This document shows positions 22,007 through 34,306 of a stretch of 58,395 nt of DNA, one piece after another. Every line of letters begins with the position of its first letter. Positions within the stretch are counted from its first letter, which is position 1. The position numbers and the translations under genes are program-made. Under the pieces are notes generated by a model, which was not told the DNA's origin, did not search any database, and worked only from the letters and a program-made list of their open reading frames with translations. This DNA is from Raillietiella orientalis (taxonomy: Eukaryota), in the NCBI GenBank assembly GCA_036172245.1, contig JAYWIR010000155.1, forward strand, positions 1 to 58,395. Direction: 5' to 3'.

Positions 22007-25000
22007 CGGACGTGTTCTGTGTTGCTCCTCGAGCGTGATTTCTTTCCGTCTTCTTGTGTGTGGTGTGCCCCAGTGCGTCACTGGGATGTCCACGGAGCCC
22101 CTGCAGGTAAAATGGATGTGTAGGCTGCTACTGGCAGTGAAGAGTCTACTCCAGATGTCCGGTCCGCCTCTGATTCTTGTGTCTCGCCACCTGCGAGAAG
22201 CTTCGCCGCCTTCCTCAAGGAGGCGGCAGCCAACGGAGCACCGCCCGACAAAGCAAAGCTGCAGGCATATGCAGCCCATGGCTACAATTTTGCGCTCTGC
22301 TATCCGCTCAGTGCTGCTATCTCCGACAAGGTCGGAGAAAATTTATGGAACGACCTTTTGCGCGTCGTGGTCCGACAGGACGACCTCCTGGCAGTCATGC
22401 CGGTTAACGCGCTTGGACACTGGCAGGTGCACTGCAAAGAGGCATTCCTACTCCAGCGCCTTCTCCGCACCCCGCTAAACATACGCGGGAAGAAGGTCGT
22501 CCCGACGGCCATGGACCAGTCGTTCGTGGTCCGATTGTTCGCCGTCCAGGTGGACACGCCCGATCGCGTGCTCGTCGGTGCACTTAGTGCATTCGCCACG
22601 GTGCACGCACTGAGGAGAGCAGACAATCCGATCAAAAGGATTGCATCTTTCTCCAGCGGACTTGCCATGACGCGTGTCATCATGGCGGATAGGAGGCAAA
22701 TGCCTCCGCACTTGCAGGTGGGCGATGCGATCGTCCACCTTAAATTTGCCGGTCAGCGACCGGCTTGCGGCATTTGCGGTGCTGAGGGCCACCGTCCATT
22801 GACGTACCCTTCTCGCCACTGCTGCTATTATAAACAGCTCGGCCACTTCCTTTGAGAGTGCGCTGAGCTCAACAGAAAGCGGCAGGCGTAAAGCCGCCAA
22901 CAATCTACCCCGTCCGCGCCGAAAGAATCCCCCGTTGTACCACGGTAGAAATCGGGCGCGAAGGGCAGGACATAATCGAGTGGCGGTCTCGCGCTAAAGG
23001 GCGCGGTTGCTTCTGGGAAGCAATCATCTTAGACAGCCGCGAAGCCGGGAAAGATGCCACATCGCCCTGGGGGCCAATCGTCCCCTCCGATGCAGCCCAA
23101 CTGTGCGGGCAGGCACTCAATGGATGCTGCTGAACCGTCCGCGTGCGCTTGCGCGTCCAGCGGAACACTCGGGAAACCGTGCGAAGCACCCTCGAAGCTG
23201 CCTCTGAACGGAAGTCTCCACCTACGGCGTGGGTGATCACGTCTTCCACGCCGAAGGCACGAGCAACGAAGGCTGCAATAGCGCCTCGCGGGACGACGGC
23301 AATGACCGCCGTTTCGCCCGCATCGGCTAAGGAGCAGGTGCAGTGCGTGATGGGGACAGAGCCGTCTCCCGTCGCGAGCTCGAAACCTGAGCCGGCATCG
23401 CAGGCCAAGCAATTGAGGGAGGCGTAGGCCTTCCAGGAGGACGTCCCCGACGCAGGCTAGACTCGGGTCTCCAGGACGACCACAAAGAGGAAGAAGAAGG
23501 TTGACCCTTCAATATTCCTCATCCTTCAGGTGGGTGGGAGACAGAAGAGAAGCACGCCAAAGAAGGTGCGAACCAAGGAACGCACTACGGCTGCGTGCTC
23601 TATCTCTGTCGCTTCGCACGTGAGGGCGGCTGCGGAAACCCGTGATGCTGGCTGCGAGACTGGCAAAACGCCAGTCTCGCGCCAGGCACTCGGACTCCGA
23701 GGTGGAGTCCGAGTGCAAACAAACGGAGCGCGCATCCCGGGGTAAGCCGGTAACGCGGCGGGCTAAAGTGCGAAAGCACGAGCCTGTTGCCGGAGGCGGT
23801 TCCGGCTCCTGCACGAAGACCAAGGCGAAGATCCTTGGCTCCCAGGACTCAGCTAAGCGCGATGTGGCGGCGAACGGGAGCGATTCCGCTTCCCAATCCG
23901 CTCTTCTACCAGCTGATTCCTCGCCGGACGGAGCGAGGAGCACGCCGTCATGTCCGCAGCAGTAATGCGTGGACTCGCGTCCGCTCGTCGCGTCAGCGTG
24001 GCCTGTTGCAATGTCAACGGGCTGCGTGATGCTGACGAAAGGCGGACGGTAGCCAACGCTTTGCGTGCGTTCGATCTGGTGCTGCTGCAGGAGGTACATA
24101 CCATATCCGAACGGCAGGCATCGGATCTGGAAGAGCGCGCGGGCGGGACGCTACACTGGCGGCAATGCTCCGCGCACACGTGCGGAGTCGCGTTCTTCGT
24201 CGGAAGCAGGGTGACGGAGGCGGTGCGGAACGTTTGTTTTGACGAGGAAGGTCTTGTGGGCAAACTAATCCGCAAGTGGTCCGAATCGATCGACCTGGTC
24301 GTTAGGAACATCTACGCGCCGAGCGGCTACCGGCATTACGCCCAGCGACTCGCATTCCTGGGTGGCCTGCGAAGCCGCTGGCTAGCTGACTCCGGCCCTA
24401 ACGTGGCGCACCTCCTTGCAGGAGACTTCAACGTCCACCTGCTAACAGAGGAGAGATGCCGCTTGAGGGAGAAGCAACTGGTGAGCGAGGTATGCGCGTG
24501 CGTGCGCGTGCAAAACTTGCTTGCTGGTGAGCCCGGGATGGAGAGATCGCCGGACTATGCGTTCCTCGATGAACACCTGCTTTCACGAGTAGGTCGAAGA
24601 TGACGCCTGCTGTCCGCGATTTCAGATCATGCGAGACTGCATTCCGAGCTCCTCCCGCTTGACAAAGGGCCTCCGATGAATGTCTGGAGGTTGCCGGCCG
24701 ACTGGCTTGGCAATTCGTAGGCGGTGGAGCATCTTCGCCAACACCTCCGCTGCTTCGCCATCCGTGAACTTGATTTTCACCCGGTTGCGCCGGGACGTCT
24801 GTTCTTTTAAATAAAACAAACGTTGGTGGCTGACCAGGTGGTCCGGCCACGCACTGGTATACAAAATTAAGCCTGCCGGTTCACCGGTTCGTATTCCGGC
24901 ACGGTCCACCGCGACAGCAGAGGGGCCAAGGACAAAACAAAAAATAAAAAAAAAAAAGAAATATATGAAATCAAGATCTAAGGGCCACGGGAAGGGATCA

Positions 25001-28000
25001 CGGTCCGCTGTGGGGCCGCTACATCCTTTGCAGGATGCAGGCAAGCTGTTTTTGGATGTTTGAATCCAGATGGTTCCATCCTGTTGCCTTCCGCATAAAT
25101 TCGGCTGCGCACTGGACGGCACCCTTATCGCGAGGTCCTCCCGTTGCTTTGCTCCATGCAGCGACGATCCCGCGAAAGCAGCACAGAGCTGCTAACGCGG
25201 CCGAGGGCCAAAGGGTGTCGCAAACGAAGAGGGATCTGATTGCGTCTCTGGGGTTGCCACAGGGGTTACCGATTGCCGCTGCAAAGCGGTTCCAAAGGGG
25301 CCGAATAGCCACACAATCCAAAAGGAGGTGAGTGAGAGAATCCCGTTCTCCACACCTCGCACAATTAGGGCTCAACGCTCCCCAGGTCCAATGGTGTCGG
25401 CCGACGTTACAGGGGAGTCACCAAAGCAGCAACAATAGCGCCGACTCCTGCCATTTTAAAAGGAGAGTGGAGGTGTTCATCAGCACCGGGGGCCACTTTA
25501 ATTGTTCCCGCGGAACATTAAGCAGCTCGCCGCAGCGCGAAAGTCCAATAGGGGTGGTAGTCCGGGCCGCGGTATCGCAGAGAATTCCCGTCTTCCATTT
25601 CCCGATCTTTTTCTCCGTACCAGAGATCTTCATGTAAACATCCCATTTCGCAGCAGTGTTGCTGTTTAAATGTTCCGCGAGCGCATACAGCATTGTAGCG
25701 AGGGAAGTTTTTCTTGCCCACGCTCGTTTTTGGGGGTTCTCCAGGACCTCTTGGAGCGTCAGGCGGTCATTACGGGCGAAGAATTGTTTCAGCCCTTGTT
25801 GGGTGCGTTGCTGGTTGCTCATTGCCCACGTCTGAAACGATTCCTGCAGCCATGCAGGTCCGTTAACGGGGCGACAGCAGAGCCATGCTGCGTTCTTCCT
25901 CATCAGGTCAGACACTCTCAAGCCCTGTTCCCCGACTTAGCAGGTCGAACAACTATTCGACCGCCGATGCGGGGCTGGACATAGGGAGCAACAGCAGTAG
26001 GTCGTCCGCATATGCTGACACCGCGGGCGTACCGGGATAGTCGCGCCGCAGGTGCTCTAGAGTTTCCCTGTACGCTCTCAGTACCAACTCGAAGTAGGTA
26101 CTGAAGAGCAAGGGACTCAGGCTGTCTCCCTGCCGTATGCCGTGTCGCACCGGTACGCTCTGCACGGTGTATCCACTGAAAAAGATCTGGATGAGCGCGT
26201 CGCGCCAGCAGGATCGCAGGTAGGTCAGCAAAGAGACCGGTAATCCCAAGCGTTCCAGGAGCTCCATGAGAAGCCTCTGGTCGACACAGTCGAATGCTTC
26301 ATGCAAATCGACTGCGACTGCGAGGGCTCCCTCCCCCCTTATCCATCCCGTTTCCTCGCGGCGGACATTCCGAAAGTCCGGTTGCCCATCCTGACTCTTT
26401 CCTGCTGGAGCGTGAAGAAGGTGCTGGCGAGGAACAGGTTAGCATCCATGCTCCGCCTGGGAACAGCATATGTCTGCTCCGGGCTAATAAAGCTTTCCGC
26501 TAACCGCCTCAGGCTGTCAGCCCACAATTTCGCCAGCAACTTGGCGTCCACGTTCATCACGGTAATCGGCCGCCAGTTGCTCATGCTCCGAAGGTCTCCT
26601 CCCTTAGGGAGGAAACGCACCTTCGGCGAACGAAACGAGGTGGGGACGTCGCCCGTTTCGCGGATCAGCAAGGAAAGTTTCTTCACCAGAGGAGTGAGCT
26701 CTGCCGCGAAACATTGAAAAAATTCCGCTGGCAGGCCGTCCTCCCCTGGAGCCTTCCGCCTCTTGAGCTTTCCGATGGCCGAGATGATCTCGCCCATCGT
26801 GAAAGGCTCGTCGAGGGTCTTTCTATCTGATATCTCCCTGATCGCCGGAGCGATTTCCGAAAGAAGAAGTCGCGAGACATCCCGTTCCGGTGAAGCGCGC
26901 GCGTACAGGGAGGAGTACAATTTATTTAATAAGCCTTTTACGTGGGCGGGGGCCGAGTGCTCCGAACCCTAGTCGTCCAGTAATTTGGCCGACACGGATT
27001 GCAACGCCTGCTTTTCGTCTCCAGCACAGTATTCGACTAGCCTGCGTACGTCTTGTGTTCGCACGTAACATCGAGATCGTAAATACCATCTCTCGTTACG
27101 CACGCTTTCACCAAACCCGGCAGGCAGGAGGTTTATAGGGAACTCGTCGCAAAAATTCCGTACCGAGCGCTTGAAGCGGTCCCAGTCCTGAAGCGTCTGC
27201 AACCTGAAACCTTGTGTGAATCCGCGGAGATGCTCCGCGGCTTCCCGAAGTTTCAGTCAGTCCCCCGGTAAGCGACACGCAGATGACGGAGGACCCCTAT
27301 CGCGTGGGCGCACCTCGAGTACGATCCCGTCATGGTCCGACAGTTCCGACGGTAACTTCCCGCGCCTGCCCACGCGTGAGCATAGGTGCTGGTCAAGAAA
27401 CACGTGATCTATGCTGTCGGTTATTTCCGGACCTCCCGCGAACAAGTTGCGCGTGTGCATCTCTGCGCACAGCTCGTTCACGCGGTCGCGAAGTGTGTCG
27501 GACGCACATGACAGCAAACGCAGGTTAAAGTCACCTGCGATTAGGTGCGCTTTGCGCACTCCCGCTTCGTCCAGATATTCGCGCCTCAAGGTAAGGAAGA
27601 AATCTCTCCTTGCCTTTGCCCTTAACGCGTCGCTGCCGCTTGGGGCGTACACGTTGGTAATGACCAGATCGATGGAGTCGGACCATCTGATGGTCAACTG
27701 CCCGACGCGTCCGGCACTATCAAACCGTACGCCCTTTGCCGCAGCGTCGACAGCTGGACGAAGAAAAAACGCGACACCGCAAGATTTAAGGGTGCCGCAA
27801 CGCCACAGCAGCCGTCCACCCGAGATACGCACGATCTCCGTTGCTTGATCTGCGGAGATCACGTGGATCTCTTGCAGCAGCACCAGGTCGAACGATGCCA
27901 GGGTGAAGGCCACGTCTCGCCTCTTGCCTTCGCCGGTTAGCACGTTTACGTTCCAACAGGGAATCCGCAGACGGCGGAAAGAGGCGATTTCTGGCATTAA

Positions 28001-29866
28001 GGCTGGGAACGTGACATTGCAGCACTTGTCAAGTGACAGGAGGGAGGGATGAGTAAGGGGACCGCGGCCATCTCAGGCACTTGAAGCACCTGGGGCACAG
28101 ACTCTACCCTTTCCCTCCCTCCGGAGTTGCAGCGTGAGGTTACCTATCGAAAAGAGTCCCCGGAGTTCCCCACTGTATTGGCACGCTCGCTTCTTTCAAT
28201 TATCTCTCTCTTTTCCACGGACGGGATAATTACGCGGGTAGCCTTCTTCGTGCGATTGGCCTTCGGGCAAGAGGCCGCGATGCCGCAGGCTGTGTTTTCC
28301 GCCTCTGCGTCAGAGTTCGGAATCTCCGACTTCTTGATCGGAGTAAGCAGCCTTGAGGCCTTTTACGTGGATTTAAGGGGACGCCTTTGAGCGAGCTCCT
28401 CCGCCGCTCGCTCAAAAGCGACGTCGTCGAGCATGCGTTCGACGCAGGACGCCACCGCCGGGTCGATAGCCTTTGTCATTAATTTGGCGGAGTGCTGAGA
28501 GTTGGCAGCGACGAAGGCAATTTTGACGTTCTGTTCGACCGCAGGAATGCGCTTGATGACGACAGAGCAGCGTTTGATCTTTTCGCGACGCGGCAAATTC
28601 TCGCTGCGTTTCGCGACATTGTTTTTTGCTTCCTTGAGGCTTTTGTGCCTCTTGGATTTTACTGCATGCCATCTAGGTTTTTGGCTGTTTTCCTCGACCT
28701 TGTCCGAGTTTTCTAACATCTCGGAGCTGACCTTCACCTGGGGCACGATAGTTGTTTTTCGAGCGGCGGCTCTCCCTCGGGCTGCCTGAACTCGTCTTTT
28801 TCTCGCCACGCGCTTCTTCGCATTCGGTGCGGACGCGACGCGGACTTCATTTTGCGGGCACACTGGAAGTGTGTGCCCGGGTTGCTTGCATTGCTTGCAC
28901 TGCAAGTGGGGGCACCTTTTTTTCAGGTGACCTGAAGTACTGTAATGCCCGCAGAAATGCGGCTTACCGACATACCAGATGTCAGCGGGTTCGCCGTTGA
29001 CCTCCAGCTTGTTAGGTAGGAAGCAACCCTCGCAAACCGTGATGCGCGCGAAAGCCATACCGCAATTCAGGAGATCGTACTCCCAAAAGGGAGTCGGCCT
29101 TTTCCACAACGCGTGGACAGTTCCAAATTTAACTTGTTCCTTTCGGACAGCCTCTTCGGCCATCCGAAAGGTGATTCCGAGGAGGTGGATCACGATAGAT
29201 CTATCCTCCGTGATGGGGAGAAGCCGGCAATTCCCTAAGGGAACAGCTGTACGGAGCAGACGCTGGGCAAGACTTGCTTCTGTGCAAATCACCTCAATGT
29301 ACTGTCCACCACTCCTGATGGTCCTCGCCAAGAGATCCTCCTGTGGTACTTTGAGGGAGTGCATCGCTTTCGAGAAAGCGCGCGCACTCTCAAAGGTGTA
29401 AAGGTTGCCTACCTTGTAGAGTAGAGGGGGATTGTACTTCTCCTCCAGGTAGGCTTTTAACTCATCCGCAGCCGCTTCCGTTGGCACCGCAGCCACGGAA
29501 CACCAGCTTCTTCCTAGCAAGATAGTCGCTTCTGTGGGGGCGGTTTCCCCCACATCCATTGATTCAGGAGGCGACATAGACGTCGCCCGCTCCTTAACAT
29601 TGGTGGTGGTCCCAGGAATTGCTGCCTAGCCGCCACCGAATCCACTGGCACTCCAAGAAAAAAGAAAAAAAAAAATAAAACCACAAACGCTCAAGAGCGA
29701 AACAAAAACCCGTCCGCTCTCGCTTGAGGACTGGTAAGATCTGAAAAAATCGTTCCGGGAGTTCTGCTTCCGGTTTCCCTTGCACCTGCTTCCTCAAGGC
29801 TTCAAACAGGGTGTCGCGAACAGCAGATCCTTTCTGCAGGCGCGTACCTCCTTCAAATCTCCTCTG
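22007..29866 (+). mobile_element. Copy C0 (own sequence 22007-24773 and 29723-29866), split by A3 and truncated by B4
   Basis: GGACGTG at 22008, ORF1 knuckle CGICGAEGH, TAATG at 23963-23967, APE ORF 23950-24603. ORF2 resumes LEDW*DLKKS at 29723. Confidence 0.85.
24774..29722 (-). mobile_element. Copy A3, both termini present, internal deletion downstream of YADD
   Basis: ORF1 28363-29577, APE 27257-27997, RT 26339-26920 and 25953-26306, zinc finger 25019-25375, 3' hairpin 24803-24774. Flanked by CTTGA at 24769-24773 and 29723-29727. Confidence 0.9.
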
Positions 29867-31177
29867 TGGAGAGAGGACGTGCTTCTCCTGCGCTGCGCCT
29901 GCGTGGCAAGGCGAGTAGTTTTTTTCTTGAGTGGTTTGTGCGTGCACATCGTCGGTGTCCGATAGCAGCGTTGCCAGAGGATATCTCGATGGAAGTAGGC
30001 ATGAGAGAGGCTTGTTCGTCCCCACAGCCTACTGGATTAGGAGCATCCGCCCCGGAATCGTTCGGCAACGCCGAGGTCATCGAGCGCCATGGCGGCCGCG
30101 TCTAGCGTGGAAGCCATGGCCGAGATGGAAGCCTATTAGAAAGCGGGGTATAAAGCCTCGCTAGTCTACAAGGTAGGCAACCTTTTCGATGGGCGAAATG
30201 CACGCGCCTTTACAAAGGCGCTGCAGAACGCCAATATCTTCGAAAAAGATCTTGACGGCCTCTGCGTCCTCAGCGGCGGGCAGCGGGTCGAGGTGGTATG
30301 CAAGGATATCAGCTTGGCACGACGCCTGATCACCGACCCGCTAATCTTTGATGGTCGGAAGATCTTGCCGGTGACGATGGACCGCTCGGTGGTGGCCCAT
30401 CTCACTGGGATCTCCAATCGCATGACTAGGTCAGCGGATCGCGAACAGTTGCAAAAGCACGCAGAAGTGAACGCGTTGTGGCCGAAGTCCACGATTTTCC
30501 AAGGCTACAATAGCCTTTTCGGAGGTCAAGCTGCGGCGCGTATCACCGCAAAAGAGGGTAATGCGCTTCCCCACAAGCTGTAGGTCTGCCAAGAAGCGGT
30601 GGACCTCTGGTAAGTGAGGAAACGCCAATTTTGTGGCTACTGCAATGCAGTAGGGCATCTACGAAAAAGGTGCCCAAACATTGTGTGCCACCTATGCGGC
30701 GAAAAGGGTCACGTTCGGCGCGTGTGCCCCAAACGACTCACCCCGGTGCCCCCTGCCGCCAAAAAGACGCAGGGAGAACGTGGAAAGCTGGTAGAAAGAC
30801 CAGCTCGCGAAAATGGCCGTTCCCAACAGCCAGCCTCCCTTCCTCCAGTACAGACGTCGGAGAAAGGAGCACCCGTGAACGCGGAAATAAACGAGGGTTG
30901 GCAGCTGGTTCACGCCAGAAAAGAAAAAAAAAAGAAAGTGATGCCAGAAGAAAAGTCGGAGAAGAAAACTGCCGGCAACAAGAAAAAAGCCGCGCCCCTT
31001 TCAAAAAAAAAACAACTTCGCGAATGCTCGGTGGCACTGGAACGCTTAGCCGTTTCTGTCGAGGCCGCCCGAGGCAATGTTCAGCAAACAGCTGATACTG
31101 AAGCGATGAATACTCGCGTGGACGAGCCCATTCTACGTTTAGAGGGTGAGACGCGTGACTCGCGCGCCGACAGCCAG

Positions 31178-31348
31178 GATGCCGCGCTCGATAAAGTCGC
31201 GGAGGTGCCCGCGGCAACGTTCGCCGTCAACGATGACGCCCTGCTCGATAAGGTCGCGGAGCAGCCCGCGGCAACGTTCGCCGCTGGCGAAGACGCGGCC
31301 TTCGAGAAAGCGGCGAAGCAGCTCGCAGCAACGATCGCCGAGCGCGAA
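31178..31348 (+). repeat. Three in-frame 57-bp (19-aa) tandem repeats in B4 ORF1
   Basis: DAALDKVAEVPAATFAVND / DALLDKVAEQPAATFAAGE / DAAFEKAAKQLAATIAERE. Confidence 0.9.
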
Positions 31349-32305
31349 ACCTCGTCGCGCAAGGGCGTACGCAGGTCGGCTCCGACGAAGAAGGCCCCCG
31401 CAGGTAAGTGCGACCTGGGGGCAGGAAGCGCATCCTCCTCCTCGAACACACGCTCCAGGAAGTCGGGACGCAAGTTCCAGAAACCCAGGAGGCGCCTCCC
31501 CTCGAACAGCGAGAAGGAGAAGCCGGGAAGAAGCGGCAGCGTGGGAATCCTGGAAGGGGGACACCCAACGCCAGGCAGCCGCCGAGTCGGCCACCCCCAT
31601 GGAGGAGGGTGAGCAGGGGAGTGGAGTACTCTTTGCAGTCGCGGAACCTGAGCAGCCCTAACCCTTGGAGGAGGGCGAACAGGTAGGCGCGACTCCACCT
31701 GCAGGTGATCCGGCCGACGCGCCGGTACCGATGGAGGAGGAGGAACAGGTGCCTTCAGTACCTGTCCCCCCTCCCCCTCCACCTAGCGTCCTGCTTCAGC
31801 AGGTAACGGACGCCGCATCGCCGTTTTCGCTGGACTAACACCTGGGCTCGCCAGTCGCCGTGGGATTCGCGCGACCTGTTGGAACGTCAACGGGCTGCGC
31901 GACGACGGCAACAGGCGAGATACAGCCGACAGCCTGCGTGAGCTCGACCTGGCGCTGCTGCAGGAGAATTACGTGATCGCCGCGGCAGACGCCCAGGAAA
32001 TCGAGACGATCCCGGGGTGTCGGTTGTATTGGCGATGCGGCCTCCGCAACACCTGCGGGGTCGCGTTCTTCGTGAAGCCGGCCATCGACGCTGCCGTAAA
32101 GGGCGCGCGGTTTGATGACGACGGTCGGATCGGTCAGCTGATTCTCAGCTGGTCCGACACGATCGACCTTATCGTCACAAACGTGTATGCCCCTGCGTCA
32201 AACAGGGGTACCGCGACCGCATTAGGCTGCTGGAAACCCTGAAGCGCGACTGGCTGGCGGATACCAATGTGCGAAAGGCTCACCTGATAGCGGGAGATTT
32301 CAATC

Positions 32306-32330
32306 GAGTGTGGACGTGTTTTTCTTCGCT
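32306..32330 (+). promoter_or_regulatory. Conserved element 5' motif GGACGTGTTTT (representative copy), putative internal promoter element
   Basis: Present within ~12 nt of 13 5' junctions across groups A, B and C. Function is inferred. Confidence 0.5.
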
Positions 32331-32383
32331 CTCGACACCGTGCATTCATCCGCTTCATCTTGGCGTCGTACATTTTGACGACG

Positions 32384-34306
32384 ATGTCGACCCAACTTGA
32401 AGCTACTGAAGTTGGAGGAACAGCATCCGGATCTGCAATCGCGGAACCGACGGCCGCCTACACTTCGCCTTTCTCGCGAATGGAGAGAAGTTTTGCTGAC
32501 GTTGCTGCCACAGCAGCCGTCAAAGGGAAACCACTCGACGAGTCGGAGTTGCGGGCGTACGTAGCCCAAGGCTATAGACCTGCTCTCCGATATAAGGTGA
32601 GTGGTTTTCTTTCTGCGCGCGACGGGAATCAGTTCAACGATGAACTGACCCGTGTTGGCGTGCGGGAGAAGAACCTTCTCGCCATTATGCCCGTAGAAGA
32701 CATGGGCTATTTCAAGGTGCGTTACAAAGACGCTTCACTTGTGCAACGCTTGCTGCGCACCCCGTTGTCGATCCGTGGCCAGAAGGTCTTCCCGGCCGCC
32801 ATGGACCACTCATTTGTGGTGCAGATTTTCGACATCGAGTCGGAAATCTCCGATACTGATATTCGGAACGCGTTGGCGAAATTCGCCACGGTCCATGCGC
32901 TGTGGAGGGTGCGTAGCAACCTCAAGGACTTCCCGTCCATACACAGCGGAGTCGCTGGAATCCGGCTTACAATGCCGGAGCGCCGTCTGCTGACCACCAA
33001 ACTACAGGTGAAAGACACAGTCGTTCACCTGTGGTTCGTGGGCAAAGTAAAAACGTGCGAGCAGTGCGGGAAGGAGGGGCATTGTTTGGATAAATGCCCC
33101 TCTGGAAAATGCCGTTATTGCAAACTATCCGGGCACCAATTGAAAAATTGCCCGGATCTTTTGCGAAAAAAGGCAGCCGCGGAGCTCCATTTTAAAAAAC
33201 AAAGCGCGGATAAAAAGAAAAAATCTGCGAAAAACCTGGAGACCCCACGGCAGAAATTCAGTAAAAACGCGAGGCGGAATGTCGCCCCAAAGCAGCAGGA
33301 AACCTCGCACGCGAAGCCCTGCGCACCCCCTCTCGCAGCAGGGGAGCCGCAAAAGAAAGGTTGCGGGGAATCCGAAGCAATGGTAAGTCCCCCTAGGCGC
33401 AATAGCTGTCCTTCCCAAGCACGCCCGGCTCTCTCGGAGTTCGAGCAACCGGCGGGGACGCCAATGGACAACGACGGAAACGACACTTCCAGTACCGTCA
33501 GATCCATTCCTTCACCTCCTGCAGTGGCTGAGAAGCCCAAATCGGGTAAGAAGGGTTGTTACGTGTCGACTTCGAAAGTCGGCAAAAAAAACTCCGCGTC
33601 GCGATCCAACACCGCGGAAGCGGAGAAAAATCTCACGCCGTCGCAGTCGGAGAGCAAGCTCTCGACTGGCGCGGATGCCATGCCAACGAAGGGATTAAAA
33701 GCCCTTCCGAAAGCAGCGTCCATGACGAGCGTGTCGGAGCCATCGAAAGTGCTCCCGTCCAAAGACGCGGATGGCTTCAAAGATGGCCATGGAGCACAAT
33801 CTTTATTTACGGCGCCACGCGAAGTGAGGAACCGTAATGAAGTAAAGAAGACTTCAGCAAAGGTCCCTCGTGCAACTGCGCGTGAGCACGCTGAAAACGC
33901 GCGCGCCGGGAAAGCAGCCGTCACCAAAAGCGATGCTCTGGTGACGGAAAACGAAAACAGGACAGCTGTCAATCCAGCAGAACCTGTCACTGCTTCGCGG
34001 AAGGCCGAAACCCGATCGGACATGCGCCGGTCGGACTCCGAAATGGATGCCGTTCCGATCACCGAGACGAGGACAACTCGTTCGAAAGCGTGTGCGCGCC
34101 GATCAAAAGTAGGCAGCCAGGCAACGCTCGCCGCGAAGCAACGCGAAGTCTCCACGAAACCCGACGGGGTTCAGCCTGGTGTGGAGGCATTACATGCATG
34201 AAGCACGACAGAGGACGGTGGCGACCGTCCCCTCCAGCTAGTCGTGCTGCTCGCCGTCTGCTCGCCGCATAAAGCGAGCAAAAAGCCGCCACCTTCCCAG
34301 CAGTAA
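32384..34306 (+). pseudogene. C1 ORF1 zinc-knuckle protein; open to 34201, where TGA replaces the TGC seen in C2
   Basis: CEQCGKEGHCLDKC and CRYCKLSGHQLKNC knuckles, long K/S/A-rich tail. TAATG at 34304-34308. Confidence 0.88.

Noticed and set aside
31178..31348. CRISPR-like array
   Set aside because: These are in-frame coding repeats without unique spacers, and no cas genes are present.
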